Part shown: positions 18,472 to 27,044 of the stretch, in pieces | How positions within the stretch are numbered: the first letter of the stretch is position 1 | How the letters are laid out: each line of letters opens with the position of its first letter | Source of the DNA: an uncultured Erysipelotrichaceae bacterium | Lineage (GTDB): Bacteria > Bacillota_I > Bacilli_A > Erysipelotrichales > Erysipelotrichaceae | Assembly: GCA_942492995.1 (NCBI GenBank) | Contig: OW818653.1 | Span: forward strand, 630,001-662,000 | DNA length: 32,000 nt | Direction of reading: 5' to 3' | The notes under the pieces: model-generated | Database searches by the model: none | Seen by the model: the letters and a program-made list of their open reading frames with translations, nothing else | Told to the model about the DNA's origin: nothing | Position numbers and translations under genes: made by a program

Positions 18472-19734
18472 TTAATCTTCTCTTTCCGCAATTAAATATT
18501 CATCTTTTACGCCTATTACTTTACAACGAATTATTTTATTTATCAAATCAGAATCACTTTTCACAAGAACAGGCAAATATTGACTTGAATATCCAAATTG
18601 ATATCCACCTTGTTTGTTCTCACATAATACATCAATTTCTCGGTTAATCCATTGATTTAAAACTATTTTATTGTTTAAATCAGATAATCTTTGAGCTCGA
18701 TGTACTCGATCTTTCTTAACTTCATTCGATAAATCATCCATTTGTGCTGCTACAGTAAATTCACGCTTTGAGTATGGAAATACATGCATAAATGAAAATG
18801 AGCATTTATTTAATTTCTCTAATGAATCTTCAAACATTCTATCAGATTCATTGGGAAAGCCAACAATTAAATCAGTACTAATGCAAATATCAGGGATTAA
18901 AGCGCGTATATGCTCAATTCTATTAATGTATTCTTCTATGCAGTATGGACGATTCATAGCCTTTAAGACATGATTGTGTGCGGCTTGAATGGGAATATGT
19001 AAATGTTTGGCAAAACGTGACTCATTTTTGATAATTTCAATTATTTCATCAGTAACTTCAGTAATTTCGATAGATGATAAGCGAATTCTACTTATTGTTG
19101 TTTCTTTAATAATTTTAACAAGTAAAGAATAAAGTGAACTATTAGAGTCAATTCCGTATCTACCACTATGTATCCCTGTTAGCGTAATTTCATTATGATT
19201 AACAAATGAATTTATTTGTTGAATAATCTCATCTTGATTGAGTGATCGTTCCCGTCCACGAGCATATGGAATGATACAGTATGTACAAAATTGATTACAT
19301 CCATCTTGGATTTTAATGTATGCCCTTTTATGATATTTAAATGTTTTTATTGGTAAAGACTCAAATATTTTAGGAAATTCAAACACTTCATGTTTTTGTT
19401 TAGACTCGATTAATTTTAAGAAGTGGTCCTTATCTTTAGTACCTATAAGCAAATCTATATCAAATGTTTCCTTAAGATAATCATGATGTGTTTGCACATA
19501 ACAACCTACTGCAACAATAAAAGCATTCGGATTTGAACGTTTCGCATGCGTAATTTTTTGCCTACTTTTATGACTAGCAGTATTTGTTACAGTACATGTA
19601 TTAATTATGACGATATCAGTAGATTCTTTTGGTAAACCTTCTAAGTAACCTGCATTTAATAATGTTTGTCGATAAAATTCAGATTCATATGCATTCACTT
19701 TGCAGCCAAGGGTTTGAATCTGAAATGTTTTCAT
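18472..19734 (-). CDS. mtaB: tRNA threonylcarbamoyladenosine methylthiotransferase MtaB (YqeV family)
   Basis: 420 aa. N-terminal UPF0004 cysteines (GCKVN...C...C), radical-SAM CNQFCTYC, and a C-terminal TRAM-like domain. It lies in the rsmE neighbourhood as in B. subtilis (yqeU-yqeV). Confidence 0.85.
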   Translation of the reverse strand: MKTFQIQTLGCKVNAYESEFYRQTLLNAGYLEGLPKESTDIVIINTCTVTNTASHKSRQKITHAKRSNPNAFIVAVGCYVQTHHDYLKETFDIDLLIGTKDKDHFLKLIESKQKHEVFEFPKIFESLPIKTFKYHKRAYIKIQDGCNQFCTYCIIPYARGRERSLNQDEIIQQINSFVNHNEITLTGIHSGRYGIDSNSSLYSLLVKIIKETTISRIRLSSIEITEVTDEIIEIIKNESRFAKHLHIPIQAAHNHVLKAMNRPYCIEEYINRIEHIRALIPDICISTDLIVGFPNESDRMFEDSLEKLNKCSFSFMHVFPYSKREFTVAAQMDDLSNEVKKDRVHRAQRLSDLNNKIVLNQWINREIDVLCENKQGGYQFGYSSQYLPVLVKSDSDLINKIIRCKVIGVKDEYLIAERED

Positions 19735-20504
19735 TTCTTATTTTTCTCAACTTTTAATTTATATTTCTGAAGCTGTTTCTTAACTTTATCACTGATTAAC
19801 ATTGAACTAATAAATGATTCGAGAATAATTGATTCATCTTGAGATAAGATACTATTGGCAATTACTTTTAAATCATCCTTTAAAGGTTGAACTTGGCATA
19901 ATTCTTTTGATAATGGATATCTAATTAATTTAAAATCATGATTAATATAATATAGACTCTTAGTTAAATGATAATAGAAAACAAGTGAATCATCGTTATT
20001 AACAAGATGTATAATTGGAATAAACTCATTAATAAATGGTTGTAGTCCATACTCCTTAACCGATATTAATCGATCAGAGAACTGTCGATATAATTTGAAA
20101 TATTGCGGTAATTCTAATATCGCAATTTCGTTATTATAAAGTGAATTAAGTAATTCATCAAAAAACGCAATCCATATCGGCTTATTGTTAAATTTAAAGA
20201 AATGACTATTGTTTTTTAATACATTAGTTTGAAGTAGTACAAGTCTATTTCTTTCCTGATACGATAAATTATCCCAATAATCAAATAATTCAGTTCTTGC
20301 GTCTTCAAAACACTTCTCGAATGATTCTTTATTCTTTAAACTTTCAAGTTCTATTAAACCAATAAAAAAATCTAATTCTGTTTTAAATTTACGTTCGATT
20401 TTATATCGATTAAACTTAGATTTTATTTGATCAACGATATCTTTTGTTGCTTTATTAGTATAAACATCGATTTTATTGCCTTTTAGTAAAATTTCATTAA
20501 TCAT
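19731..20504 (-). CDS. Hypothetical protein, 257 aa, no family recognised
   Basis: An uninterrupted ORF with ATGA overlap to mtaB at its 3' end and an 8-nt overlap (AATGATTAA) with the rsmE stop at its 5' end. Start set at ATG 20504 (MINEILLKG) rather than 20537. It looks soluble, is K/N/F/L-rich, and has no TM segments, nucleotide-binding motifs or metal motifs that I can recognise. Confidence 0.6.
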   Translation of the reverse strand: MINEILLKGNKIDVYTNKATKDIVDQIKSKFNRYKIERKFKTELDFFIGLIELESLKNKESFEKCFEDARTELFDYWDNLSYQERNRLVLLQTNVLKNNSHFFKFNNKPIWIAFFDELLNSLYNNEIAILELPQYFKLYRQFSDRLISVKEYGLQPFINEFIPIIHLVNNDDSLVFYYHLTKSLYYINHDFKLIRYPLSKELCQVQPLKDDLKVIANSILSQDESIILESFISSMLISDKVKKQLQKYKLKVEKNKK

Positions 20505-21225
20505 TGGTATTTCCCTCAAACATAAAATCAATTCCACTTAAGATATATAAACCAGCAGTTTCTGCACGTAAGATACGTTTACCTAAACTTACAGATATAA
20601 AACCATTTTTTAGTAAATATTCAACTTCTCGCTCATCAAATCCACCTTCAGGTCCACATATAATAGTGACAGATTGATTTGATTTTATATAATCACGCAT
20701 TGGTTTATCTTTTTCATTCTCATACGCAACTAAGTTTATATCTGATTTATATTGATCAATTTCATTTAATTTAATAATTGGTTCGAGTTTTGGAATAAAT
20801 GTACGTTTTGATTGTTCTGCAGCTTCTTGCATAATTTTCTGATATCGTTCCATTTTATTCTTTGATTCATTCTTTTCCCATTTAACAACATTTCGTTTAA
20901 GTTCGATAGGAACGATTCGATATACACCTAGTTCAGTTGCTTTTTGGAGTAAAAATTCCCAGCGTTCTTTGCGTATCAAAGCTTGAATCAATGTGACTCT
21001 AATCTTCATTTCCGAATCATTTTCAATAATTTCATTAACTAATGCATACACATCTTCATTATCAATTCGAATTGAACACAATCCAATATTTCCATTAAGA
21101 TCAACACATTTTATTTGTTTACCATTTTGATAACGTAAAACATGGACACATTGATATGCAATGTCTCCGTTTAATTTTATTTCCTTATTTTGTTCAATCG
21201 GTTCCAAAACAAAGAATTGTTGCAT
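20497..21225 (-). CDS. rsmE: 16S rRNA (uracil1498-N3)-methyltransferase RsmE
   Basis: 242 aa. Starts MQQFFV. SPOUT C-terminal motifs are GPEGGF and LGKRILRAETA. Confidence 0.9.
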   Translation of the reverse strand: MQQFFVLEPIEQNKEIKLNGDIAYQCVHVLRYQNGKQIKCVDLNGNIGLCSIRIDNEDVYALVNEIIENDSEMKIRVTLIQALIRKERWEFLLQKATELGVYRIVPIELKRNVVKWEKNESKNKMERYQKIMQEAAEQSKRTFIPKLEPIIKLNEIDQYKSDINLVAYENEKDKPMRDYIKSNQSVTIICGPEGGFDEREVEYLLKNGFISVSLGKRILRAETAGLYILSGIDFMFEGNTND

Positions 21226-21956
21226 TATTTTATCACTCCACTAGTAGCGAATTCTCTTAGTTGTGCGATCTCAGATGGTTTTAAGCTACGATATTCACCA
21301 GGATTTAAATCCTTACAATCAATAAAAGCCATTTTACTTCGATGTAGACGAGTTACGGTATACCCTAAAGCTTCCATCATACGTTTAATTTGGCGATTTT
21401 TACCTTCTTGAATAATTAATTCAAAATCAGTTGTATTCTTCGCTAAACTCTTATTAATAACTTTTAATTTTGCTGGTAATGTGACTGTATCATCATCAAT
21501 TTTAATTCCACTTTCAAGTTGTTTAATTTCTTGTGTTGTTAAGATTCCATCAATCTTTACTTCATAGGTCTTTGGTAAATGATAACGTGGATGAGTCATT
21601 TCGTTCGCAAAATCACCATCATTGGTAAGAAGTAATACTCCACTCGTATCATAATCAAGTCTTCCTACTGGGAAAACACGTTCATTACTATCAATTAAAT
21701 CGATAACTGTCTTTCGATCACGCTCATCCTTTAAAGAACAAATAACTCGTCTAGGCTTATGCAAAAGAAAGTAGACTTTATTTTCGCCTTCTACTTTTTT
21801 GCCATCAAATTTAACGACACTTCCATCTTGAACAACAAAACCTAGTGTTGTTATTATCTCGTCATCCACAGATACTCGACCCGCAAGAATTAAATCTTCA
21901 GCTTTACGTCGAGATGTTATCCCTGCTTTTGCTAATACTTTCTGTAAACGTTCCAT
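21225..21956 (-). CDS. rluB: RluB/RsuA-family pseudouridine synthase with S4 domain
   Basis: 243 aa. N-terminal S4 domain (RLQKVLAKAGITSRRKAEDLI). Catalytic motif GRLDYDTSGVLLLTNDG. The motif GKNRQIKRM is also present. Confidence 0.85.
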   Translation of the reverse strand: MERLQKVLAKAGITSRRKAEDLILAGRVSVDDEIITTLGFVVQDGSVVKFDGKKVEGENKVYFLLHKPRRVICSLKDERDRKTVIDLIDSNERVFPVGRLDYDTSGVLLLTNDGDFANEMTHPRYHLPKTYEVKIDGILTTQEIKQLESGIKIDDDTVTLPAKLKVINKSLAKNTTDFELIIQEGKNRQIKRMMEALGYTVTRLHRSKMAFIDCKDLNPGEYRSLKPSEIAQLREFATSGVIK

Positions 21957-21961
21957 ATTTT

Positions 21962-22507
21962 TTACTCAAATAGCTGATTTTCGCTACTTTCCTCTTGATA
22001 CGTAGGAAGATTTGGTAATTCATTTAAACTCATTAATTTGAACAAATCCAAAAATTCTTCTGTAACTTCATATAATATAGGTCGACCAGCAGTTTCTGAT
22101 CTACCAACATCTCTAATCAAATCTTGTGCTTGTAATTTTTTAAGCATCATATCACAACCAACACCACGAATTTCTTCGATTTCAGTACGTGTAATCGGTT
22201 GTTTATATGCAATTATTGCGAGTGTTTCCAATGCAGATTGCGATAATTGACGAGATTTCGTTAAACTTATTATCCGTTGAACAAATTCATGAATATCTGC
22301 TTTAGAAATAAATTTATATAAGTCATTTGCACAAACTAATTCAAAACCATGATGTTCATCGCGATATTCAAGTACCATCTCATCGAGCAAACCCTTGATA
22401 TGTTCTTCTTCAATCGATATGGCATCCGATAACTGTTTTAAACTAACCCCTTCTTCTCCAAACACAAAAATAATTCCTTCAATAATGGCTTTAAGCGTCA
22501 AATCCAT
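21962..22507 (-). CDS. scpB: Segregation and condensation protein B
   Basis: 181 aa with tandem winged-helix ScpB pattern (IEGIIFVFGE.GVSL, LETLAIIAYKQPITRTEIEEIRGV, GRPILY.T). Confidence 0.9.
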   Translation of the reverse strand: MDLTLKAIIEGIIFVFGEEGVSLKQLSDAISIEEEHIKGLLDEMVLEYRDEHHGFELVCANDLYKFISKADIHEFVQRIISLTKSRQLSQSALETLAIIAYKQPITRTEIEEIRGVGCDMMLKKLQAQDLIRDVGRSETAGRPILYEVTEEFLDLFKLMSLNELPNLPTYQEESSENQLFE

Positions 22508-23234
22508 ATGTCTTCCCCCTCTTAAAATATATTTCAGAATTTTCTACCCAGAATTCAATAACATCTCTTCGATTAAGTTCTAATATTGCAAGAAATGAGA
22601 CAATTAACAATGATTTATCCTGTACATCTTGAATCATATCTTCAAAACTGAATGGTTCTTTCAATGTAGAAATCATTATTACTAATTGATCACTACGATC
22701 TTCAATCGACATTTCAGTTTTCGTAATTCTTACTTGATTTGGATGAGCATAATTGAAACGTACTAAGCATTTTTGCATAGCTTTCAATAAATCATTTTGA
22801 TCCGCATGTACAAACTTAATGTTTTCATCGTCCGCGATATCCATTAGTTGCTTTTCCATCGGTTTTTCAAACTGTTTTTGACGTTCAATAAATCTCTCAT
22901 TCAATAATTGACTGATATCTTTGAACTGTTGATATTCGATTAGTCTACGTACTAATGCATCCTTTGTGTCTTCTTCATAATCATTGACTTCTAAAGGCTT
23001 CGGATCAACGGGTAAACATTTTTTTGACTTATATTCTATTAAAGCTGCTAACTCATATAGATATTCAGTTGCGATATCTAATTTATTTTCGACTGAATCA
23101 AGATATTTAATATATTGATCAATTAATACATCGATTTGTAAGTTAAAAAGATCTAACTTTTTATCTTTGATAAGATGAAGCATTAAATCGAGAGGCCCAG
23201 TGAATTGATCGAGTGTAACATTGAAATTTTGCAT
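22491..23234 (-). CDS. scpA: Segregation and condensation protein A (kleisin)
   Basis: 247 aa. The N-terminus MQNFNVTLDQFTGPLDLMLHLIK matches the conserved ScpA start (F.GPLDLLLHLI). 17-nt overlap with scpB. Confidence 0.9.
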   Translation of the reverse strand: MQNFNVTLDQFTGPLDLMLHLIKDKKLDLFNLQIDVLIDQYIKYLDSVENKLDIATEYLYELAALIEYKSKKCLPVDPKPLEVNDYEEDTKDALVRRLIEYQQFKDISQLLNERFIERQKQFEKPMEKQLMDIADDENIKFVHADQNDLLKAMQKCLVRFNYAHPNQVRITKTEMSIEDRSDQLVIMISTLKEPFSFEDMIQDVQDKSLLIVSFLAILELNRRDVIEFWVENSEIYFKRGKTYGFDA

Positions 23235-23243
23235 AGCTTGTCC

Positions 23244-23252
23244 ATTATAACA
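23244..23252 (-). promoter_or_regulatory. Extended -10 element TGTTATAAT immediately upstream of scpA
   Basis: The minus strand reads TGTTATAAT-ggacaagct-ATG. It lies in the 46-nt gap after the preceding ORF, and there is no clear SD (only GGA). Confidence 0.4.
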
Positions 23253-23280
23253 AATATAAAACCTAAAGATTAGAACTAAA

Positions 23281-23934
23281 TTATTTTGAAGCTAAAAGAA
23301 TACGATCTTTAATTTCTTTTAAACAATCCTTCTTAGACATTGATTGATACTCTTCATAATGAAGTGGTAAACAAACATCGACTAAAACTTTATGAAATCT
23401 ACCTTTTTTCATAATGTTTCTAGATCCATTAATGCTTAAAGGAATTAAAGTCTTTTTTGTATAATAAGCATAATCAATAAAACTCATTAATGATTCAATC
23501 TTCTCAAGTTGATTTAAGTAAACAATAATATTTCCAGATTTAATCATTAAATTTTCAATGACATCGACATTACCTACAAAATCATAATTTGGTTCAATGT
23601 AATGTGTTAATATCCGTTTAAACCAATTCTGAAGAAATGGAATTTTAGTTGTTTTATTTAAAATGAAACTTATATTAATCGGAAAAATACTTAATAAAAC
23701 AATTGAATCATATCGATTTCTTTCGTCCGCAAGAAAAATAAATCCATCTTCTAGCGGAATATGATTAATGTGTTTAATTTCGGTTTTTACATTTACTAAT
23801 TTTAAGATAATCGAAGACCACATTTTTGCGGTAACTTGGTTTAAATCAAAATCATTACGATTGATATGTAATGGACTCAAAAGAATTGATGGATAATAGA
23901 TAATCATTTTAATAAAAAGGACAATGTGTTTCAT
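23281..23934 (-). CDS. LPLAT/PlsC-like acyltransferase-fold protein with substituted catalytic motifs (YpkP-like position after folA)
   Basis: 217 aa. Hydrophobic N-terminal anchor. The blocks are colinear with PlsC motifs I-IV: GFIFLADERNRYDS (HX4D becomes EX4D), WFKRILTHYIEP, SGNIIVYLNQLEK (replaces FPEGTR), LIPLSINGS. The thyA-folA-acyltransferase order resembles B. subtilis thyB-dfrA-ypkP. Confidence 0.55.
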   Translation of the reverse strand: MKHIVLFIKMIIYYPSILLSPLHINRNDFDLNQVTAKMWSSIILKLVNVKTEIKHINHIPLEDGFIFLADERNRYDSIVLLSIFPINISFILNKTTKIPFLQNWFKRILTHYIEPNYDFVGNVDVIENLMIKSGNIIVYLNQLEKIESLMSFIDYAYYTKKTLIPLSINGSRNIMKKGRFHKVLVDVCLPLHYEEYQSMSKKDCLKEIKDRILLASK

Positions 23935-23937
23935 TTT

Positions 23938-24405
23938 TTATTTCTTTTCTAATAGTAAAAATATAAATTCATCAAACTCTAATTTTTCTATTTCTTTATA
24001 CATATGAATATCAAATTCTGGAAAAAATGTATCACAAGGATATTCTTGTTTAACATAACTTAGTGCTAATTTATGGGCAAATGGTAATGCTTGTTTATAA
24101 ATATCTGCGCCACCTATTACATAAATGATTTCATCTGAACATTCATTCTCAACTAAAAAATCATTAAAGTTATTGATAACTTTTATTCCTTCTACAGATC
24201 GATATTTCTCATTTCTACTTACGACAAGATTAACTCTTTTAGGCAAAGGTTTTCCAATACTATCAAAAGTTTTTCGACCCATAACTATTGTATGGTTTAA
24301 CGTTCTCTCTTTGAATAATTTCAAATCTTCTTTAATATGCCAAGGTAGTGTTCCACTAATTCCAATCCCATTATTTGGATCAAGTGCCGCAATTAAAATA
24401 ATCAT
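23938..24405 (-). CDS. folA: Dihydrofolate reductase
   Basis: 155 aa. DHFR motifs: [34 protein letters not shown], and VIGGA.IY. ATGA overlap with thyA. Confidence 0.9.
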   Translation of the reverse strand: MIILIAALDPNNGIGISGTLPWHIKEDLKLFKERTLNHTIVMGRKTFDSIGKPLPKRVNLVVSRNEKYRSVEGIKVINNFNDFLVENECSDEIIYVIGGADIYKQALPFAHKLALSYVKQEYPCDTFFPEFDIHMYKEIEKLEFDEFIFLLLEKK

Positions 24406-25274
24406 ACACTTACCTTTGCGGAAATTAGTGGATGTGGATTATATCCTTCAAGGATAATATCTTCATACTTAAAATCCTCGATATTTTTTATTTCAGGATT
24501 TAGTTTCAATTTTGGTAAAGCTCTAAAATCACGATGTAATTGAGTATTTACTTGTTCTATGTGATCTTTGTATATATGCACATCTCCAAATGTATGCACA
24601 AACTCACCTACTTCAAGGTTACATACTTGTGCAATAAGATGCGTTAATAATGCATAGGATGCGATATTGAACGGAACGCCGAGAAAAACATCCGCAGAAC
24701 GCTGATAAAGCTGACAAGAGAGCTTTTTATTATCAGATGATACATAGAACTGCATCATCATATGACACGGTGGTAATGCCATATTTTCAAGCTCAGCAGG
24801 ATTCCAAGCATTTAATATATGTCTGCGTGAGAACGGGTTCTTTTTTATTCCATCAATTAATACACTTAATTGATCAACTCCATTAAAATTACGCCATTGT
24901 TTACCATATACAGGACCTAAATCACCATATTTAAGCGCAAACGCTTCATCCACTTTTATACGTTCTACAAACTCTTGCATGGTTTCTTGTTTATATTCAT
25001 CTGATTTCATAAACTTCGCAAATGGCCATTCATTCCAAATTCGAACATCATTTAAAACAAGTGGTCTTATATTCGTAGAACCCGTAATAAACCATAATAA
25101 TTCATACGCTACAGATTTAAAATGCACTTTTTTTGTCGTAAGAAGTGGAAATCCTTCATTCAAATCAAAACGCATTTGATACCCAAATGTTGATATTGTA
25201 CCAGTAGAAGTTCGATCCATTCGATCAGTTCCAGTATTTAAGATATGTTGTAGTAATTCGTGATATTGTTTCAT
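24402..25274 (-). CDS. thyA: Thymidylate synthase ThyA (290 aa from the internal ATG)
   Basis: Motifs DRTGTGT-like (DRTSTGT), catalytic PPCH, and [16 protein letters not shown]. Start moved from 25319 to ATG 25274 ([12 protein letters not shown]). The upstream extension would run through a terminator hairpin and a -10 box, and SD AGGGA lies 8 nt upstream of 25274. Confidence 0.95.
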   Translation of the reverse strand: MKQYHELLQHILNTGTDRMDRTSTGTISTFGYQMRFDLNEGFPLLTTKKVHFKSVAYELLWFITGSTNIRPLVLNDVRIWNEWPFAKFMKSDEYKQETMQEFVERIKVDEAFALKYGDLGPVYGKQWRNFNGVDQLSVLIDGIKKNPFSRRHILNAWNPAELENMALPPCHMMMQFYVSSDNKKLSCQLYQRSADVFLGVPFNIASYALLTHLIAQVCNLEVGEFVHTFGDVHIYKDHIEQVNTQLHRDFRALPKLKLNPEIKNIEDFKYEDIILEGYNPHPLISAKVSV

Positions 25275-25293
25275 ATTTCTTATCCCTGCATTT

Positions 25294-25302
25294 ATTATAA
25301 CA
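25294..25302 (-). promoter_or_regulatory. Extended -10 element TGTTATAAT for thyA-folA
   Basis: The minus strand reads TTTTTTTTG-TTATAAT-aaatgcAGGGAtaagaaat-ATG. It directly abuts the T-tract of the upstream terminator. Confidence 0.45.
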
Positions 25303-25325
25303 AAAAAAACGGTTTTCACCGTTTT
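25302..25325 (-). terminator. Rho-independent terminator after the SSB-like gene
   Basis: The minus strand reads AAAACGGT-GAAA-ACCGTTTT followed by further Ts (8-bp stem). It starts 5 nt after the TAA at 25330-25332. Confidence 0.65.
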
Positions 25326-25329
25326 AGCT

Positions 25330-25650
25330 TTACTTAGTTGTCAGAAAAGATACTTTTTCAGCAACAACCTCACAATAATAGAATCGACCATTCTCCTTAG
25401 TCTCAAAACTATTTGATTGAAGTCGACCTTTAATTCCTAATAAAGTACCTAACTCACATTGTTCAATTGTACTTTCTGCTACTGTCCTCCAAAGTGTACA
25501 TAAAATCGTATCATTCTCATATTCACCTTGACTATTTTTAAAATTACGCTCAACTTCAATTAAAACATCCGCAAACTTAACACCACTACTAGTTTCTTTT
25601 AATTCTGGTAATCTTACAACTTTTCCTACGAGTACTACTTGGTTCAACAT
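25330..25650 (-). CDS. ssbB: Single-stranded DNA-binding protein paralog lacking the acidic C-terminal tail (SsbB/YwpH-like)
   Basis: 106 aa OB-fold. [12 protein letters not shown]...[24 protein letters not shown]...[15 protein letters not shown] closely parallels Bacillus Ssb/SsbB. It ends ...VSFLTTK with no D-D-D-L-P-F type tail. SD AGGAGG upstream. Confidence 0.85.
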   Translation of the reverse strand: MLNQVVLVGKVVRLPELKETSSGVKFADVLIEVERNFKNSQGEYENDTILCTLWRTVAESTIEQCELGTLLGIKGRLQSNSFETKENGRFYYCEVVAEKVSFLTTK

Positions 25651-25669
25651 GAATTCCTCCTTGGAGAGG

Positions 25670-25678
25670 ATTATCGCA
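25670..25678 (-). promoter_or_regulatory. Candidate extended -10 (TGCGATAAT) for the SSB-like gene
   Basis: The minus strand reads TGCGATAAT-cctctcca-AGGAGG-aattc-ATG. The -35 is weak. Confidence 0.3.
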
Positions 25679-25721
25679 AAATAAGATCTAAATTAAAAAT
25701 GGACTTATTTGTAATTCTAAA

Positions 25722-25756
25722 TAAAAAAAGGCAAATATGTATATACCATACTTGCC
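25722..25756 (-). terminator. Rho-independent terminator after the M16 peptidase pair
   Basis: The minus strand reads GGCAAGTATG-GTATATA-CATATTTGCC, a 10-bp stem with one G-U, followed by TTTTTTTA. It starts 8 nt after the TAG at 25764-25766. Confidence 0.65.
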
Positions 25757-25763
25757 AAATAAA

Positions 25764-27044
25764 CTAATTTGACTTCTTATTCATTTTTACAAAAGTTGTG
25801 TCCAAAGATAGTATTTCATTACTTACAGTCAATAAATCACTAAATTTAATATTCTTTAATGCTTGAATTGAATCAGTTATTTCAAGTTTACTAAATTTAG
25901 AACGAATTAATGTTAAAGCATAATCATCTTGATCATCAAACTGTCTTAATAATTGTGCGAAATATCGTCGTTTTAGAAGTTCGAAATATGTCTCAAAATG
26001 AGTAATATCTGTATTCAAACCTTCATTTACTAATTTCTTAAAATCTACTACATCTTCATTTTCTCCGAAGAACAAGATAAAACCATATTCATTATTCAAT
26101 TCAACATCATACCCAAAATAATCATGAATTCTATTTTCATTCATCCATACCTCATATGTCGGATTCATTGGTGAGAAAATTAATTCTAAGAATAAACGAT
26201 ATTTCCATTCTTTAAATAAATTCTCTTTATTATCATTAGATAATTCCGTTAGTTTAAATGAATATGTCATTTTTGATGATTGTATATCCATTTCAAATTC
26301 GAAGTGTTTTCTAAACACCTTTTTATTCTCAGTTTCAACAATTCGTTCAATTTCATGCGTTGTAGAGAAACTCTTAGTTTTTTGATTTTCAATGACCCAA
26401 TCCAATACTACTTGAGGTGAAGTTGGTGTAATACATACTAATAACGCATTAGAAGGATGGTAATTCAGTGCATAACAACGTTCTAGTATTTCTTTCGTGA
26501 TTGATGTGACAGATTCTTCATTTCCACCAATATCCAAACGAATTGGATGTTTCTCATACAATGATTGATATGTTTCTAACATTAATCGTTGTTCAGGCAT
26601 TTGCATATACATTCTTAATTCTTGGATTATAATTCCCTTTTCTTTTTCAACCGATTGTTCAGTAATGGATAATTGTTGAACAAAATCCAATAATAGGTTC
26701 AATGGTTTCTTTATATTTTTTTTACTAGAATTAAAATAGTAAACCGTTTCAGTATGTGAAGTGAATGCATTTACATTTGCCGATAAATGGCTAAATGTTT
26801 CCATAATATCTAAACCATTATTATTCTCAAACAGTTTATGTTCTAAAAAATGTGCTATTCCTGATGGATAATCCTGAATTTCGTTGTTGATTTTCTGTTT
26901 AATATCTAATGAACCATAAGGAAATGCCATAAAACAAGAACTCGATTTATAATCCTTTTTTTGTATGATAATTACTTTTAAGCCATTCTCAAGACTAGAG
27001 ATATAATGTGATTCATTTATCTCAGGAAAATGTACAATTTCCAT
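25764..27044 (-). CDS. M16-family zinc peptidase, catalytic subunit type (YmfH-like)
   Basis: 426 aa with an intact inverted zincin motif HFLEH (GIAHFLEHKLFE) near the N-terminus. TAATG junction with the upstream paralog. Confidence 0.85.
   Translation of the reverse strand: MEIVHFPEINESHYISSLENGLKVIIIQKKDYKSSSCFMAFPYGSLDIKQKINNEIQDYPSGIAHFLEHKLFENNNGLDIMETFSHLSANVNAFTSHTETVYYFNSSKKNIKKPLNLLLDFVQQLSITEQSVEKEKGIIIQELRMYMQMPEQRLMLETYQSLYEKHPIRLDIGGNEESVTSITKEILERCYALNYHPSNALLVCITPTSPQVVLDWVIENQKTKSFSTTHEIERIVETENKKVFRKHFEFEMDIQSSKMTYSFKLTELSNDNKENLFKEWKYRLFLELIFSPMNPTYEVWMNENRIHDYFGYDVELNNEYGFILFFGENEDVVDFKKLVNEGLNTDITHFETYFELLKRRYFAQLLRQFDDQDDYALTLIRSKFSKLEITDSIQALKNIKFSDLLTVSNEILSLDTTFVKMNKKSN

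Noticed and set aside
21862-21870. DnaA-box-like TCATCCACA (one mismatch to TTATCCACA); considered as a possible origin.
   Set aside because: It is a single occurrence inside the rluB coding sequence with no cluster or AT-rich unwinding region. It is probably chance.
24402-24404. Possibility of Mollicutes code 4 (UGA = Trp), given the very low GC and Mollicutes-like gene set.
   Set aside because: TGA terminates thyA exactly at the conserved C-terminus, and also terminates orf257 and the ABC ATPase at ATGA junctions. All ORFs are full length under code 11, and Trp positions use TGG.
25275-25319. N-terminal extensions in the ORF track: thyA to 25319, cdd to 8082, phoP to 15122, orf257 to 20537, murE to 18491 (TTG).
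   Set aside because: The internal ATGs coincide with the conserved protein N-termini and are preceded by SD sequences. The thyA extension would be translated from a terminator hairpin and a -10 box. For murE the choice remains uncertain.
25651-25721. ComX/cin-box (TACGAATA) or ComK-box upstream of the SsbB-like gene.
   Set aside because: The best candidate, TGCGATAA, matches only about 5 of 8 positions and is better explained as an extended -10 (TGCGATAAT). No AT-box pairs typical of ComK are evident.
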